Below, in pieces: positions 30,119 to 45,619 of a stretch of DNA of 64,000 nucleotides. Location of the stretch: contig OX597828.1 of NCBI GenBank assembly GCA_951406725.2, forward strand, positions 72,540,001 to 72,604,000, read 5' to 3'. This DNA comes from Octopus vulgaris (Eukaryota). Below the pieces are notes generated by a model, which was given only the letters and a program-made list of their open reading frames with translations, had not been told where the DNA came from and did not search any database. The stretch's first letter is position 1, and every line of letters starts with the position of its first letter. Position numbers and translations under genes: made by a program.

Positions 30119-31166
30119 GGGCGAGCTAGCAGGGTCGTTAGCACGCCGGGCAAAGTGTTTACCGGTAGTTCGCCCAGGTTTACGTTCTGAGTTCAAATCG
30201 TGCCGAGGCCGACTTTGTTTTTCACCTTTTGGAGGTCGATAAAATAAGTACCACTTCAGGACATGTCTTTCACCAGATTTTGTTGGTCTTGTGGCAAACT
30301 TTGAAATCAATGCAATGTTAATAGAATTTAACTGAGAGGGAGGGAAACGGACAAAGTGTGAGTGAGTGAGGGACAGAGAGAGATGGAGAAAGATAGTGAG
30401 ATTAAGAGAGAGAGAGAGAGTCAAGTCTGTAAGGCACAAGGCCCTAAATTTTGGGGGAGGGGCCAGTCAATCAGATCGATCTCTGTACGCAACTAGTATT
30501 TAATTTTTCGACCCCGAAAGGATGAAAGGCAAAGTCGACCTCGGCGGAATTAGAAACCAGAACGCAGAGGCAGACGAAATACCTATTTCTTTACTACTCA
30601 CAAGGGGCTAAACACAGAGAGGACAAATGGATTAAGTCGATTATATCGACCCCAGAGCGTAGCTGGTACTTATTTAATCGACCCCGAAAGAATGAAAGGC
30701 AAAGTCGACCTCGGCGGAATTAGAAACCAGAACGCAGAGGCAGACGAAATACCTATTTCTTTACTACTCACAAGGGGCTAAACACAGAGAGGACAAACGG
30801 ATTAAGTCGATTATATCGACCCCAGAGCGTAGCTGGTACTTATTTAATCGACCCCGAAAGAATGAAAGGCAAAGTCGACCTCGGCGGAATTTGAACTCAG
30901 AATGTAGCGGCAGACGAAATACCGCTACGCATTTCGCCCGGCGTGCTAACGTTTCTGGCATTCTTTTCTACTCTTGGCATAAGGCCCGAAGTTTGCGGGG
31001 AGGGTGCCAGTCAATCAGATCGACCCAGTACGAAACTGGTACTTAATTTATCGACCTCGAAAGGATGAAATGCAAAGTCTAAATTTGAACTCAGAACGTA
31101 GCGGCAGACGAAATACGGCTCTGCATTTCGTCCGGCGTGCTAACCATTCTGCCAGCTCGCCGCCTT
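30119..31166. mobile_element. family A SINE cluster: plus copy 30119-30308, minus multimer 30430-30960 with 170-bp internal tandem repeat, minus copy 30962-31166
   Basis: ACCCCGAAAG at 30511, 30681 and 30851; family A cores throughout. Confidence 0.87.
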
Positions 31167-32087
31167 CATATTCAGCAGACATAATGTTGCCAGGATCACT
31201 TCAAATTTTTATATGACAGCAGAAATTTGGCTGCTATTTCTGGCAAATCAAGTGACTATGATGAAGTTCCTTTGTTGTCTCGGGTAAAATTCGAAAGTGA
31301 GCTTTAGAGTTTCACATAAACTCAGTATTTGGAGCAAATATGAGTTTTAGAGTATTAGATAAAAGCGGAGTCTGGAAGTAAATTGTAATTAAAATCATAT
31401 TACTTTAATCATTTTACTTTAATCATTTTGCTTTAATCAAGTTATGCAAATGAAGTGGGAAAATGTGAATCCCATCTGTAAATCTCGATACTCTTTGGGA
31501 GAAGCTGTTGCTGTTTAACCCCAGGCCGGCCCCGATCCAGTTCACATATGATAAAGATATCCAAATCATGGCCTGGAGCAGGCGCGGCTGTGCTTTCTAA
31601 CTACATGGTTCCGAGTTCAGTCCCACTGCGTGACACCTTGGCTTTCTGTTTTCTACTATAGCCCCGGGCCGACCAAAGCCATGTAAGCGGATTTGATGGA
31701 CGGAAACTGAAAGAAGCTCGTAGTATATACAGATGTATATATCTATGTGTGTGTGTGTGACTTTGTGTTTGTTTTCGTCTCCCACCACTCTCACTCCCTG
31801 CTTCACTGATTTTGGAGAAAGCGATTCTGGGAATAATTCTTAATGGTCTTCTCTCGCAGAGAGCAACTTGGTGGATCTCAACAGAGAGGAGAATTGAACT
31901 TAGTACTCGACTAGTTCTCTATCTTATCGATGCCAAAAAAAAAAATAAATAAATAAAATAAATAAAGCAAACATGACTTCAATAGGATTCGAACCCACAA
32001 AGCTGGGAGAGCCGCAGTAAAAAGAGTAACTGAAATTCAACTGACGCTTTAATAACACAACTGATTCTGCACTTAATATTTGTATTG

Positions 32088-32680
32088 GTGGGTTCAAATT
32101 ATGCCGAGGTCGATTTTGCCTTTCATCCTTTCGGAGTTGATAAATTAAGTACCAGTTGAGTACTGGGGTTGATCTAATCGACTCCCCCCCCCCACAAAAA
32201 AAAAATTCGGGTCTTGTGTCTAGAGTAGGAAAAAATATTTGTAGTGGTGAAGGGGCCAACCGCTAGAATCGTTAGCATATTGGACAAAATTCTTAGCAGC
32301 ATTTCGTCTGACGTTACGGTCTGAGTTCGAATGCCATCGAGGCCAACTTTACATTTCCGCTTTTCGAGGTCGATAAAATAAGAACCAATCGAATAGTGGT
32401 GTCGATGTAATTGACTTACCCCCTGGCCTTATGCCGTCAAAGTTTGAAACCAATACCATTCCAGTGGTGAAGGCGGTTTGCTGGCAGACTCTCTTAGCGC
32501 ACCGGACAAAATGCTTGGCGGCATTTCGTGTGTCTTTACGTTTTGAGTTCAAATTCCGCCAAGTTTGAATTTGCCTTTCATCTATTTTAGGATCGATAAA
32601 ATAAATACCAGTTTCACACTGGGGTTTACTGGACTTCCTTCTCCCCCGAACTTTATGGCCCTGTGCCAAAGTTTCGAACC
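32088..32680 (+). mobile_element. three degenerate tandem family A SINEs
   Basis: Repeated GAGTTC.AAT / GGTCGATAAAATAAG cores. Confidence 0.7.
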
Positions 32681-33597
32681 GATATTTGTAGGGATGGACT
32701 CTCCTCTCGTAAACACCTGACGAGGATTTCGCAGCTTTTCGCAGAACAACCTGCGCATATTATTTATTTATGGTGATCACACATTTGTGCTGCGTAGAAG
32801 CTCACTGCCTCCATCAAATCGACATTACGTGTGCAAGCGCACAAGTCCACCACACGTCAGGTGTCGAAGTGAGCGCTGAGCAACACGAGACGAAGTTTTT
32901 TTGCTCAAAGTCACACGCAACGCACATTCGAGAGTGGAACTCTCTAACCACTCGGCTGCACGCTTTCAGATTATCTGTCGGAACAAATTAAAAGTAAAGG
33001 ATTTAAAAGTAAACACAAAACGCCATTGTGTTTTCAGTGAAATTACCGTGCAATAAACCATACATCACCGTTGTTATTTCAATGTCTACAACTTCACGCC
33101 GTTCTGCTAATATATCAATTTAAATACATCGCTCGGCCTCACTCTTCATTCGCTGCTTGTTTTTTTCTTTTTATTTGTTTCTTTCTTTCTCTTCCTCACT
33201 TTTCTTTATTATTGTTTTTTTTTTGTTGTTGCTTTTTTCCCCCCTTTCGATATATTGTTACTCCCTTACATGTATGCGGTGCAAGGTGGTGGTTGGAGAG
33301 TGAAGAGGTTTATTAAGAGTGTGTGTGTCAATGCTTATATGTACGCATGGGTGTATGTTTGCGTGGGTGTACACACACACACACACACACATACATATAT
33401 ATTTGAACCTTCTATCAACGGCCTCCTTTTTGAAGTTAGTGACACTGTTTAGGAGAGTGTATATATGTGTGGCTGTGTGGTAAGAAGCTTGCTTCCCAAA
33501 CTCATGGTCCACGGTTCAGTTCCACTACTTTACATATATATATATATATATATAAAACATGCGTACACACGCAGGTATATATGTGTGTGTGTGTGTA

Positions 33598-34484
33598 CAG
33601 GGTATGGTGAATATGACGTTGTCTAAATTACACAAAAATGAAAATAACACTGCCATCTAATTTTAATAGATATATTTACCAAAATTACATAAAAATATCT
33701 TGAAATTACCAAAGAGTAAATTTATTTTTAAAAAATCGTCATTGGCTTCAACCACGGCCTCCAGACAACTTCGGAATCTCCTGCAACTCTTCAGGACGGT
33801 CTCCTTGAGTGAATTGGTGAATGCCACCATAATCCTTGCCTTCAGTTCATCTTTGGTGTCACAAGGAGTTCTGTTGGTCTCCCGCTCAACTGTGCCCTAC
33901 ACATTCTAATGAAGGGGTTGTAGTCTGGGGAGTAAGGTGGCCAGATGTTAGGGGTGATGTGGTCGCAGAAATTGTCTCACAGCCATGACTAGGTTCTCCT
34001 GTTTGAGTGGCATGGTGCAGAGTGTGTTGCCAGACATAGGGTCTTCCAGCAGCCACCCTCTGGACCTAGGGCAGTTCTACCTCCTCCAGGTACTTGATGT
34101 TGGCCTCCATGTTGAGTCTGAGTCCGTGTGGGAAGATGAATGGAGGCATAACGTTGCCATCACTAGTGACCACTCCAAATACCATGATATTGATTGGATG
34201 TTTGATTTTTATCATTCTCGGTACATGTCCTCAGATTGCACTGTCCTTATATTGACACCCAAACACTCTAAAATGTTCGTATTGGAGCTTCCGGTGCGGA
34301 TGCCAAGCAATACAGCATGTCGTTTCCAAATTTCTGGCAGAGTGAATTGCGTCATGGTGTTGTTTTTCTCACAGACGGTATCCAGCTGACCCTACTATAC
34401 TGTGTAGGACATAATCAAAAACAAACAATGCGCATGAGAGAAATTAAAAATATAAAATGGTGACAATTTGCACATCATACCCTG
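33598..34484 (-). mobile_element. internally deleted Tc1/mariner (maT/DD37D-like) transposon
   Basis: TA-CAGGGTATG...CATACCCTG-TA termini; minus strand encodes decayed MVFGVVTSDGNVMPPFIFPHGLRLN...GRPYVWQ...IWPPYSPDYNP...CRRFRSCLEAVVEAN with stops and frameshifts. Confidence 0.82.
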
Positions 34485-34718
34485 TATATATAAATATACA
34501 GAATTTTGAGGTTCGTAGGACGCCAGAAATAACGAGTTACGATAACACAGAGCTCACGATGAAATACACAACATCGTTGGTAGGACATCGTAGATATGCA
34601 AGAACCAAATCCAAGTAATAACTATGGATTTGACTCAGAAGTGGGCTTTGGTGTGGCGTAAGAATGAAAAGAAACACAAATGTCGTTGAAACAGCTGTCG
34701 TGAAATTTAATGGCCATT

Positions 34719-34766
<48 letters not shown>

Positions 34767-34915
34767 AAGAAATGAGGTACTCAGAAGATCGGATGGTTTA
34801 TATTTACAGATATTTATTTATATATTACATTTTTATATATATATATCATATCACTTAGATCATTAGCGCTTTCTCCCATTCTAGTGGGGTGCAGCATACT
34901 TGCAGTGTATTGGAG

Positions 34916-34950
<35 letters not shown>

Positions 34951-35184
34951 TATGGACATATAACATTTTAAATATGCAAACACGAAATTGTGGAATCATG
35001 TATGCTTTTGGTAACTGAAGCATTTCCTTGTATGCATGTATTTATGTATGTATGTTTGTATGTATGTATGTATGTATGTATGTATGTATGTATGTATGTA
35101 TGTTTGTATATATATATGTATGCATGTACGTATGTATGTTTGTATTATGTATTTATGTATGTATGAACGTATGTATGTATATGT

Positions 35185-35501
35185 GCAGATTTGCATGTTT
35201 TGTTTTATGTATGTATTCTCATGCATATAGTTTCGTATCTAGACTTGCTCATATATATTTAAATGATAAACCTCTGGAAAGTTTTACAGATGTTTACAGT
35301 TCCAGTGACGGATTGGATCTGTAGTCTTCGAATTAGCTTTCTTCTTTCTGGATTTGTAAAGCTTAATTTCTCAAAATTGGTATTTAGGCAGTGTGTTTCA
35401 TATCCCATGGCCCCAATAATTACAGGTATAAACCTGAATTTGTAATCTGGATAGATTAACTGCAGATTTCTCAATAGTTCAGCATAGGCGTTCTCTTTTT
35501 C
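35185..35501 (-). mobile_element. 3' fragment of RLE-type non-LTR retrotransposon in (ATAC)n
   Basis: EKENAYAELLRNLQLIYPDYKFRFIPVIIGAMG...KTFQRFII* resembles the K..Y..L...PV.IGALG RLE C-terminus; TATG arrays on both sides. Confidence 0.78.
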
Positions 35502-36346
35502 GTATGTATGTATGTATGTATGTATGTATGTATGTATGTATGTATGTATGTATGTATGTATGTATGTATGTATGTATGTATGTGTATGTGTATGTGCATG
35601 TGTATATGTATGCATGCGTGTAAATATATTAACTACCACTATTTTAAACCAAGCCGGATCACAAACAAAATGAAATGAAATATAGAAAGAAGAACAGTTG
35701 TTATTAATGAAACTACACAATGAATAAAATTATTATTTTCAACGAGACAAAGCGGTGAGCTGGCAGGATCATTAGCATGCCGGACGAAATGCTTAGTCGC
35801 ATTCCGTCCGTCATTACGTTCTGAGTTAAAATTGTGTCGAGGTCGACTTTGTCTTACATTCTTTCTGGGTCAATAGAACAGGTGCCAGCTGAGCACTGGG
35901 GTCTATGTAATCGACAAACCCTCTCCTGTGAAATTTCTAGCCAGAATTCGATGTTTTCTATGAGATTAGCCAACGACATAACTGTGATTAGAAAATCTTT
36001 CATGAAAACTACAAAGAACGTTTGGACACACATCAGGAGGTGTGCAGCCTGCGTCGTTCACAATGACAACCTTGTTTTGAGTTTTGTATTGGGTGGTCAG
36101 CCATTCGTAGCACTACTGCAATACATTCCAAAATGGCGCATGACGTGGAATCTCCATGGCTAAACAAATTACAAACGGGATATGTAAATATAAAAAGAAC
36201 AAAAAAAAAACCCCAACATTTTCTTGTCGGAAAGAACAGTTTTAACTGAATTTCGTTTTGCTTTACTTCTAGTTTCATTTTCAAATGTAGGATTTACTTC
36301 ATTTACTTTATTTACACCATACACACATACAACTGATACCGCCGGA

Positions 36347-36404
<58 letters not shown>

Positions 36405-36408
<4 letters not shown>

Positions 36409-37358
36409 AGGCAAATAAGAAAACAGAGAGGATTATCAATCGAGAAACATCATCCTGTAAACATTCATTTGGATCTACTTATTAATTATTAACAATCATA
36501 TGTATAAATAATCAAAATAAACAAATAAACAAGTAAATTAATATATGAATAAGAATAAATGAGTGAGATATACTAAACTCTTACAGATGTTTTTACGTTG
36601 GGGGTGTCCAACCTGCCAAAATTTCCACACCATACCAGGAATATACAGGGATTGTACAGAGGTTGAACAAACATTGGACCATAAGATGTAATTCCATAAC
36701 TTATGGATATTACTCAGGAATTGACTTTTTTTTACCATTCCTTACTATTTTTATTGTTTTATTATTTTATTCTTTTATCTTACCTCCTCACATGTTTGAC
36801 TCCTAACATTATGGTCTCTGATGAAGCTTTGGTGCTCAATTACTGCCCAACCCCTGTCCAATGTTTGTTCAGTCTTTGTACAATCTCTTTATATGCTTTT
36901 CTACTCTAGGCACATGGCTGACATTTCTGGGAAGGGGGCCAGTCGATTAGATCGACCCCAGTACGCAACTGTACTTAATAATTTATCGGCCCCGAAAGGA
37001 TGAAAGGCAAAGTCGACCTCAGCGGAATTTGAACTCAGGAAGAAAAGAAAGACGAAATACCGCTAAGCATTTTGCTCGGCATGTTAACATTTCTGCCAGC
37101 TCGCCGCCTAACAATCTCCGTATATTACTGGTATGATGTGGAAACATTGGCAAGTTGGACAGCCCCAAAGTAAGAGTTTAGTATTTTTTCACTCATTTAT
37201 TCTTATTCATTCATTTATTTATTTATTTATTTATCTACTTGTTTATTCTGATTAATTATACATATGATTGTTATCAATTAATAAATAGTTACAAATGAAT
37301 GTTTACAGGCTGATATTTGTCGGTTTATTATCCTCTCCATTTTATTATTTGTCTTATA
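36405..37358. mobile_element. diverged fold-back element with about 280-bp arms, interrupted by a SINE
   Basis: CCTGTAAACATTCATTTG, GAATAAGAATAAATGAGTGA, TACTAAACTCTTAC and GAACAAACATTGGAC all have inverted counterparts in 36857-37358. Confidence 0.75.
36897..37109 (-). mobile_element. family A SINE with imperfect TSD
   Basis: ACAATCTCTTTATAT and ACAATCTCCGTATAT flank the copy. Confidence 0.85.
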
Positions 37359-37442
37359 AATTCTGGGTAAATTTATGCTTTACCCCCACTCGTATTCAAT
37401 TGCGCTACTGCCCTGCAACAGTAAATACTTGGATATAAATAC

Positions 37443-38936
<1,494 letters not shown>

Positions 38937-39427
38937 GCTGTAATATGAATATGTGTGTGTGTTTGTGAGTGTGTGCGCGCGTATGTATATGAGCCATCTA
39001 GTCCTAAACGACTTCGTGGTTGACTTTATTAGATGGTGCACTAGATAAAACTAAATGTACTACATTCACAACTAAACGTTCCTTCCATTCCTGATCTTAA
39101 ACAAATAATTTCTATTTGCAGGCAAACATAACCGTAATCAGTCCCAATTGGTTGCTTTAATTTTGCACCCAGACGGATATAGGACATCATTAGTAGATAA
39201 GTATTTTCCGATGATTTGTCAGGAGTGTTCAGAATAATTGATCGATGGAAAAGCATTGAAAGGCATTTAGCTTTAAAGAAAAATGGCGACGATAAATTCA
39301 TAAATTCGATGGAAACTATATATATTTGTACATCTTTATGAGAGTAGGCTTGTCTGTATGTAGGCGGATGGTGTGTGGATGTACACTGATGTATAACTAG
39401 ATATACACACATGCGTGTAGATAGATG

Positions 39428-39493
<66 letters not shown>

Positions 39494-39538
39494 GTATATA
39501 TATATGAGTATGAGTATATATATATATATATATATATG

Positions 39539-39576
<38 letters not shown>

Positions 39577-39821
39577 TAGATAGATAGATAGGTACTTACA
39601 TATATGTGGATACACATAAATGACCTACGCATGTATGTACATATATTAACATATGTTGACACGCATAACCAGATGCACACACAGACATACACAGACACTG
39701 ATAGAATAAGTACGAATTTAAAAGAAAACAAGTCTTGGCTGGGACCGATTTGTTCGATTAAACCCCTTCAAAGCGGTGCTCCCAGCATAGATGCAGTAAA
39801 ATGACAGAAACAAGTAAAAGA

Positions 39822-39915
<94 letters not shown>

Positions 39916-40126
39916 ACACACACACACACATACCCATACATACCTACAATACATTGATGCATATATACTTACAAACACAATCACACACATTTATATCTAT
40001 ATAAATCTATGTATCTATTTATCTATCACGATATATATATATATACATACATATATATTTATATATATGCATTGTATATATGTATCCCCCATACACACAT
40101 GTATATATATATATATATATATACAT

Positions 40127-40167
<41 letters not shown>

Positions 40168-40178
40168 TTATATATTTG

Positions 40179-40224
<46 letters not shown>

Positions 40225-40286
40225 TATTACATATAGATACACACACACATACGTGAGATTTCCCTCTCTCTCTCTCTCTCTCTCTC

Positions 40287-40333
<47 letters not shown>

Positions 40334-41129
40334 GATGTTTCTAAAGACATGAATTTTTAATTGTAGTTTTGAAATTGCATTGATATGTCAACAAGTTTAG
40401 ATTCATCGATTTTATTTTATAAATGATGTTTGAGATCTTTTGTAAACACAAACATTGGCACAACATTCGATATTCTACGATAACAAAGTCAGCCTAGATC
40501 TATACACCACTCAGACACATTAGCTGACAGATGCTATCCTGATAACTTTTATCTGTGTACAAATTTTTTGTGCTTTGAGGTCTCCATTTTTGGTGCAACG
40601 AACGATAATAATACAACGTTGATTAAAATATATTCGCTCGGGAATGGAAGTGGGTGTTTCTAAAAATAGTTGTTTCGGTAATAAATGCTAACCAATCAAA
40701 TGCAAAGAGAAAAAAAGAAATATATAATCTAACATTACCCAGAAATGTCAGCAGCAAACAAGTTGCGAAGATGGAATAAATATGTTGAAATCTCTACTTT
40801 CAAACAATCATTTGCGACATTTGTGAGAGGAAACACGCCAAGTTATTTTAACACCTCCAGGAATTGAAGCATTTCTAAGTAACTCTTGTAGTAAAAATAT
40901 GTTTAGTTTATACGACGGAGAAGAACAGATCTTGTTTTCTGCGGGAATCAATTTCTTTTCTTTATTTTACAAGAAAAGTGAACACACTTTTTAAAGTAGG
41001 TAGAGCCGTTGGTTGAGTCATTTAATAGCAGAGAGAGGTTTGTTAAACTAACTTTGAATTTCAAATTTACGTTCCAGATATGGAGTTTTATATCTTTGTT
41101 GGAAACCAGCTCCTTCTTCACAGGAAGAC

Positions 41130-41185
<56 letters not shown>

Positions 41186-41588
41186 GTAAACACACATATA
41201 TATATATATACATGCATACATACACACACACACACACACACACACATAGTAATATCAATAATAATCATTGGGTGTATTTTAATGTATGGTTACGTGCGTT
41301 TCAGCAGATTATATGTTTCTCAGGGTCATAGTCCACATTCGTGAAAAGATTACTGTGGAGCCCGTAGTATCCATGGACACCCGGGGGATCATCTTCTTGC
41401 ATTCATTTCTTCGGGCGAATTAGCAACCCCCGCAGAAAACTGGTATCACAAGTTGGTATCATCAGGCTGTAGCCGGAATGATAGAACAGGGGCTTTTATA
41501 TGAATATTCAGAACGTTTCCCGTGAAAGAAATTAATGGCTATGTATATATATATATATGCACATATATTCATATATATATATACATAC

Positions 41589-41641
<53 letters not shown>

Positions 41642-41642
41642 C

Positions 41643-41677
<35 letters not shown>

Positions 41678-42417
41678 CATACACACACAAACACACACAC
41701 CACATATATCTATATTAGAAGTGAAAGGAATTTATAAATCCAGCAGATATCTATAAGGCAATCAGTGTTAAACGAATTTGGTTAACTGTATCAAAGAATA
41801 TGATGCCATGAATTTCAAGTAGAATTAACAATAAACATGCATGTTAATTCGTTAATCCGTCATGTTTGGCAAGTAAATCCAAACATCTCTTAGAAGAATT
41901 TCTAGAAATTCGGAGTATATAACATCACATTTTTAATTGATTATTACACCATGATGATTACCGACGATGGTTTCTGCTTTGCTAGCGTATTTAGATGCAG
42001 AAAAACGGTTTGAAATACAAGTCAAATTAATAGATCCGGAAATCTATGCTGACATAACGTTATCAAGGCAATCGAAAATGGGCTGAATTGAAAGTGAACT
42101 AAGAAAATATTTCTAATGTAATGAACGCATACAAAAAGAAGGTAAAAAAACGAAAATAATATTCTAAGAAATGCTAGTTTTTAGCATTTAACTTTTGATG
42201 ACTTCGGTAGATAACGAAAGAATGAAAAATAAGCATGGAAGTTCTATGCCATAACAATTACCTATCTATTAAATATGCGAAAATGTTTTTAGAAAAATTA
42301 TGCATATTAGATTAAAGGGAAAGCAATTATAATTAATGGGTTATTCACTATTGAAAAATTTAATGCTTATCTATATTTGTGCGAACATTTCAATGTAAAA
42401 TTATGTCTACCATCTAC

Positions 42418-42458
<41 letters not shown>

Positions 42459-42475
42459 ATACAAACATATGTATG

Positions 42476-42531
<56 letters not shown>

Positions 42532-42623
42532 AATTTAAAGTAAACAGACAATGGAGAAATATCGATCAGCAACAACTGACTTACATTAATTATTACTTTT
42601 GAATTCAATTCAAATAGATTGCA

Positions 42624-42747
42624 TCCCATCTAACAGCTGTTTCTGCTTCCAATGTCCCACGGTATTGCCATTGAAAATTCTAAAAATAATATTCATCATA
42701 TTTGGTAATGCATCCGATCTGGAACATGAAGCTTCATCAGAGTGAAG
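42624..42747 (-). ncRNA. hammerhead-like motif with enlarged stem II (Penelope-like remnant)
   Basis: CT-CTGATGA-A-GCTTC-ATGTTCC...GGGACAT-TG-GAAGC-A-GAAA-CAGCTG-TT-AG; palindromic ACAGCTGT; stem I weak. Confidence 0.5.
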
Positions 42748-43020
42748 AAAAATACATTAATTTGACTGGTATTTTTTGACCTATTTTTCCGCATCTGAAT
42801 ATGTTGTCACAACAGGAACAATCGTCGGCAATGTATTTTGATTCTTGATAAACTCATGGTTATCGTTGTCATTACCTGTAACCTATGAGCATAATATGCT
42901 TGCATATGTATGTCCAGGGTTAACATAGGTAATTATACCGGTAATATAACTTTTATCCCTGAAATGGTTATTCCAACCGCTAACTCTACGAACCTATATA
43001 TATATATATATATATATATA

Positions 43021-43214
43021 TTTCTTATACTACCCACAAGGGGCTAAACACAGAGGGGGACAAACAAGGACAGACAAACGGATTCAGTCGATTACATCGA
43101 CCCCAGTGCGTAACTGGTACTTTATTTAATCGACCCCGAAAGGATGAACGTAACGGCAGACGAAATACGGCTACGCATTTCGCCCGGCCTGCTAACGATT
43201 CTGCCAGCTCGCCG

Positions 43215-43216
<2 letters not shown>
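43021..43216 (-). mobile_element. family A SINE in (TA)n, internally deleted
   Basis: Family A head and tail; GTCGAC/B-box segment missing. Confidence 0.85.
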
Positions 43217-43291
<75 letters not shown>

Positions 43292-43544
43292 TTTCATGTA
43301 TGTATGTATGTGTGTGTCTGGTAGACAGGAAGAATTAATGGTAATTTATGCTTTATACAATGTATGCGTGTTGAAAAAATCGGTCACCGCTGATTAGATG
43401 AACTTAAAAGCCCTGTTGCGCAAGAATTAAGCCGCTCATTTTGTCGGCATTATTGGCTAAAATGCAACACAAATATATGCGAGAAGTTATGTAGAAGCAG
43501 TTTTCAGTTGTTTTAATTAAAGTTGTGTAACTTCAATGATAGGG

Positions 43545-43640
43545 TAATCTTCATTCTTGTTAATCTTCATTTCTTGTTAATCTTCATTCTTGTTAATCTT
43601 CATTTCTTGTTAATCTTCATTCTTGTTAATCTTCATTTGT
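43545..43640. repeat. minisatellite, alternating 16/17-bp units TAATCTTCATT(T)CTTGT
   Basis: Five full units plus one partial. Confidence 0.9.
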
Positions 43641-44944
43641 TGTCAAATAAAATATGAGACGTTTTGTCACAGCCGTTTTGTTGCCGCCTAATTGGCGTCA
43701 CTGTTTCAACACCGACTGATTTGATATCTGACGTATTAATGTTTCATTCGTTTTCTCTCTTTCCGTTTCTCCTATGTATATTTCTGCGTGTACGTGCATG
43801 CGTTTTTGTGTTTGTTAGTGTGTGTGTGTGTATGTGTGTGTGTGTCTATGTGTTGGCTTCCCACGTCGCAGTGTTCCCCCAAAAGGGATTGTCTCCAAAA
43901 CAGATCGAATTCCAGTCAATCAGGCGTGCCAAATAGCCAGCGCTCAACAGCCGCACCCACAAACTTCATTCTACCAAAATGTACTACTTCCGACGCAGTT
44001 ATTTTTCTTGTCCTTGTTTAACCCTGGGTTAAGTCTAAGTGAGCATAAAACATGAAACAGACCCTAGACATGACAAACCCATTTTTTTAGCACTTTTTGG
44101 GACAACATATTCTTATTAGCCTTCCATGTTTTAAAGCGGGAGTATTCAGAGGAAGATAGGGTGCTATTTTGAGCAGATCAAACTACTGCGTTAATCTTCC
44201 TGTTGTTGTTGGTGCTGTTGTTCTTCTTCTTGTTTAACCTCAAGTCATTCTAGTCTAACCCTAATCGATGGCCATGAGGCTTTCAGCCATCACTGCCCGG
44301 TTTATTGTATACTGGCAAAGTATAACCGAGAAAACATAAAATATTCCTTCCTTTTCTAAGAGAGTAGAGTGTGATTAAAGGGAGTTTGTCTGCTGTTTCT
44401 AGCTGGTCGAGCAATCACATAAGGACCCACCTCTTAGCCCTGTTGTTGTTTCACCCAAGATTGGCCCGGCACGTGCATAATCAGACTGAAATACGTTTCA
44501 ACAATGACCATTCCGTTTTATTTTCGGAATTAATATATCCCAGGCGACCTTATCCAGTGTTTGCTTCATTATGAGCTTTCGGTGTTGTTGTTTGGTTGGC
44601 TGTTTCTTGCGAGCCGAGCGACCACGTAGATACGATTAGCACTTGTCTTGTTGTTGAAGTTGGCGATGTTGGCGGTGTTGGCGGTGTTGGTGTTGGTGTT
44701 GGTGTGGTAGAAGTGGGCTGGTGGTGGCGTTGTTGACGCTGGTCGTAGTGATGGCGTTGCTGTTAATGTTGTTTTTGTTTTTTGGGGAGGAGAGGTGGGG
44801 GAGCACGGGTGGCGATGCCGTTATTTCATCGATGTAGTAATTGTTCTATCTTCTGCGTTCCAAGATCACTCAGACGCTGGAGTTTCATACTGCTTGAATG
44901 ATCACAGGCTAGCGTGAAACTTCCACTGGCAAAAATATATTTAA

Positions 44945-45150
44945 CACACGCACGCACACACACGCGCGCACACACACGCGCGCACACACACGCGCGCACA
45001 CACACGCGCGCACACACACGCGCGCACACACACGCGCGCACACACACGCGCGCACACACACGCGCGCACACACACGCGCGCACACACACGCGCGCACACA
45101 CACGCGCGCACGCACGCACACACACGCGCGCACGCACGCACACACACACA
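44945..45150. repeat. (CACACACACGCGCG)n 14-bp purine-pyrimidine alternating repeat
   Basis: Direct reading. Confidence 0.92.
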
Positions 45151-45235
45151 CAGACGCGATACACGCACTCACACACTCATACATTACACATATGTATCTA
45201 TGTAAATATACATATATGCACACAAATATATATAT

Positions 45236-45292
<57 letters not shown>

Positions 45293-45293
45293 C

Positions 45294-45338
<45 letters not shown>

Positions 45339-45619
45339 TACATACACACACGCGCACACAAATACATGCACTTACTCATACATTACACATATACATCTGT
45401 GTACATATACATATATGCACACAATTATATATATATACATACACGCATACACACACACACACATACACACTCACATATCACTTAGGCAAACTGCGAAACA
45501 AATATCTCTGTGTAGAACTCAATATATGTATGTTTCAGAATGAAGTGTTCGCTGATGATCGGGCGGTGATAAGAAAGAGAACTGACAAAAGGAATAAATG
45601 TTTATCTGATGAACTGCAT

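Noticed and set aside
33985-34389. 134-aa plus-strand ORF
   Set aside because: It is the antisense shadow of the decayed maT-like transposase.
40580-41133. Possible mariner remnants (RRWNKYVE-like peptide, TATTGGGT terminus); similar at 47960-48290
   Set aside because: Too short and degenerate to define ends or family by eye.
41285-41470. Minus-strand CTGATGA ... GAAACGCACGTA as a hammerhead
   Set aside because: No stem II or stem I pairing joins the two motifs.
41760-42410. AT-rich coding-like stretch, possible PLE ORF remnant
   Set aside because: Many stops and no recognisable RT or GIY-YIG motif.
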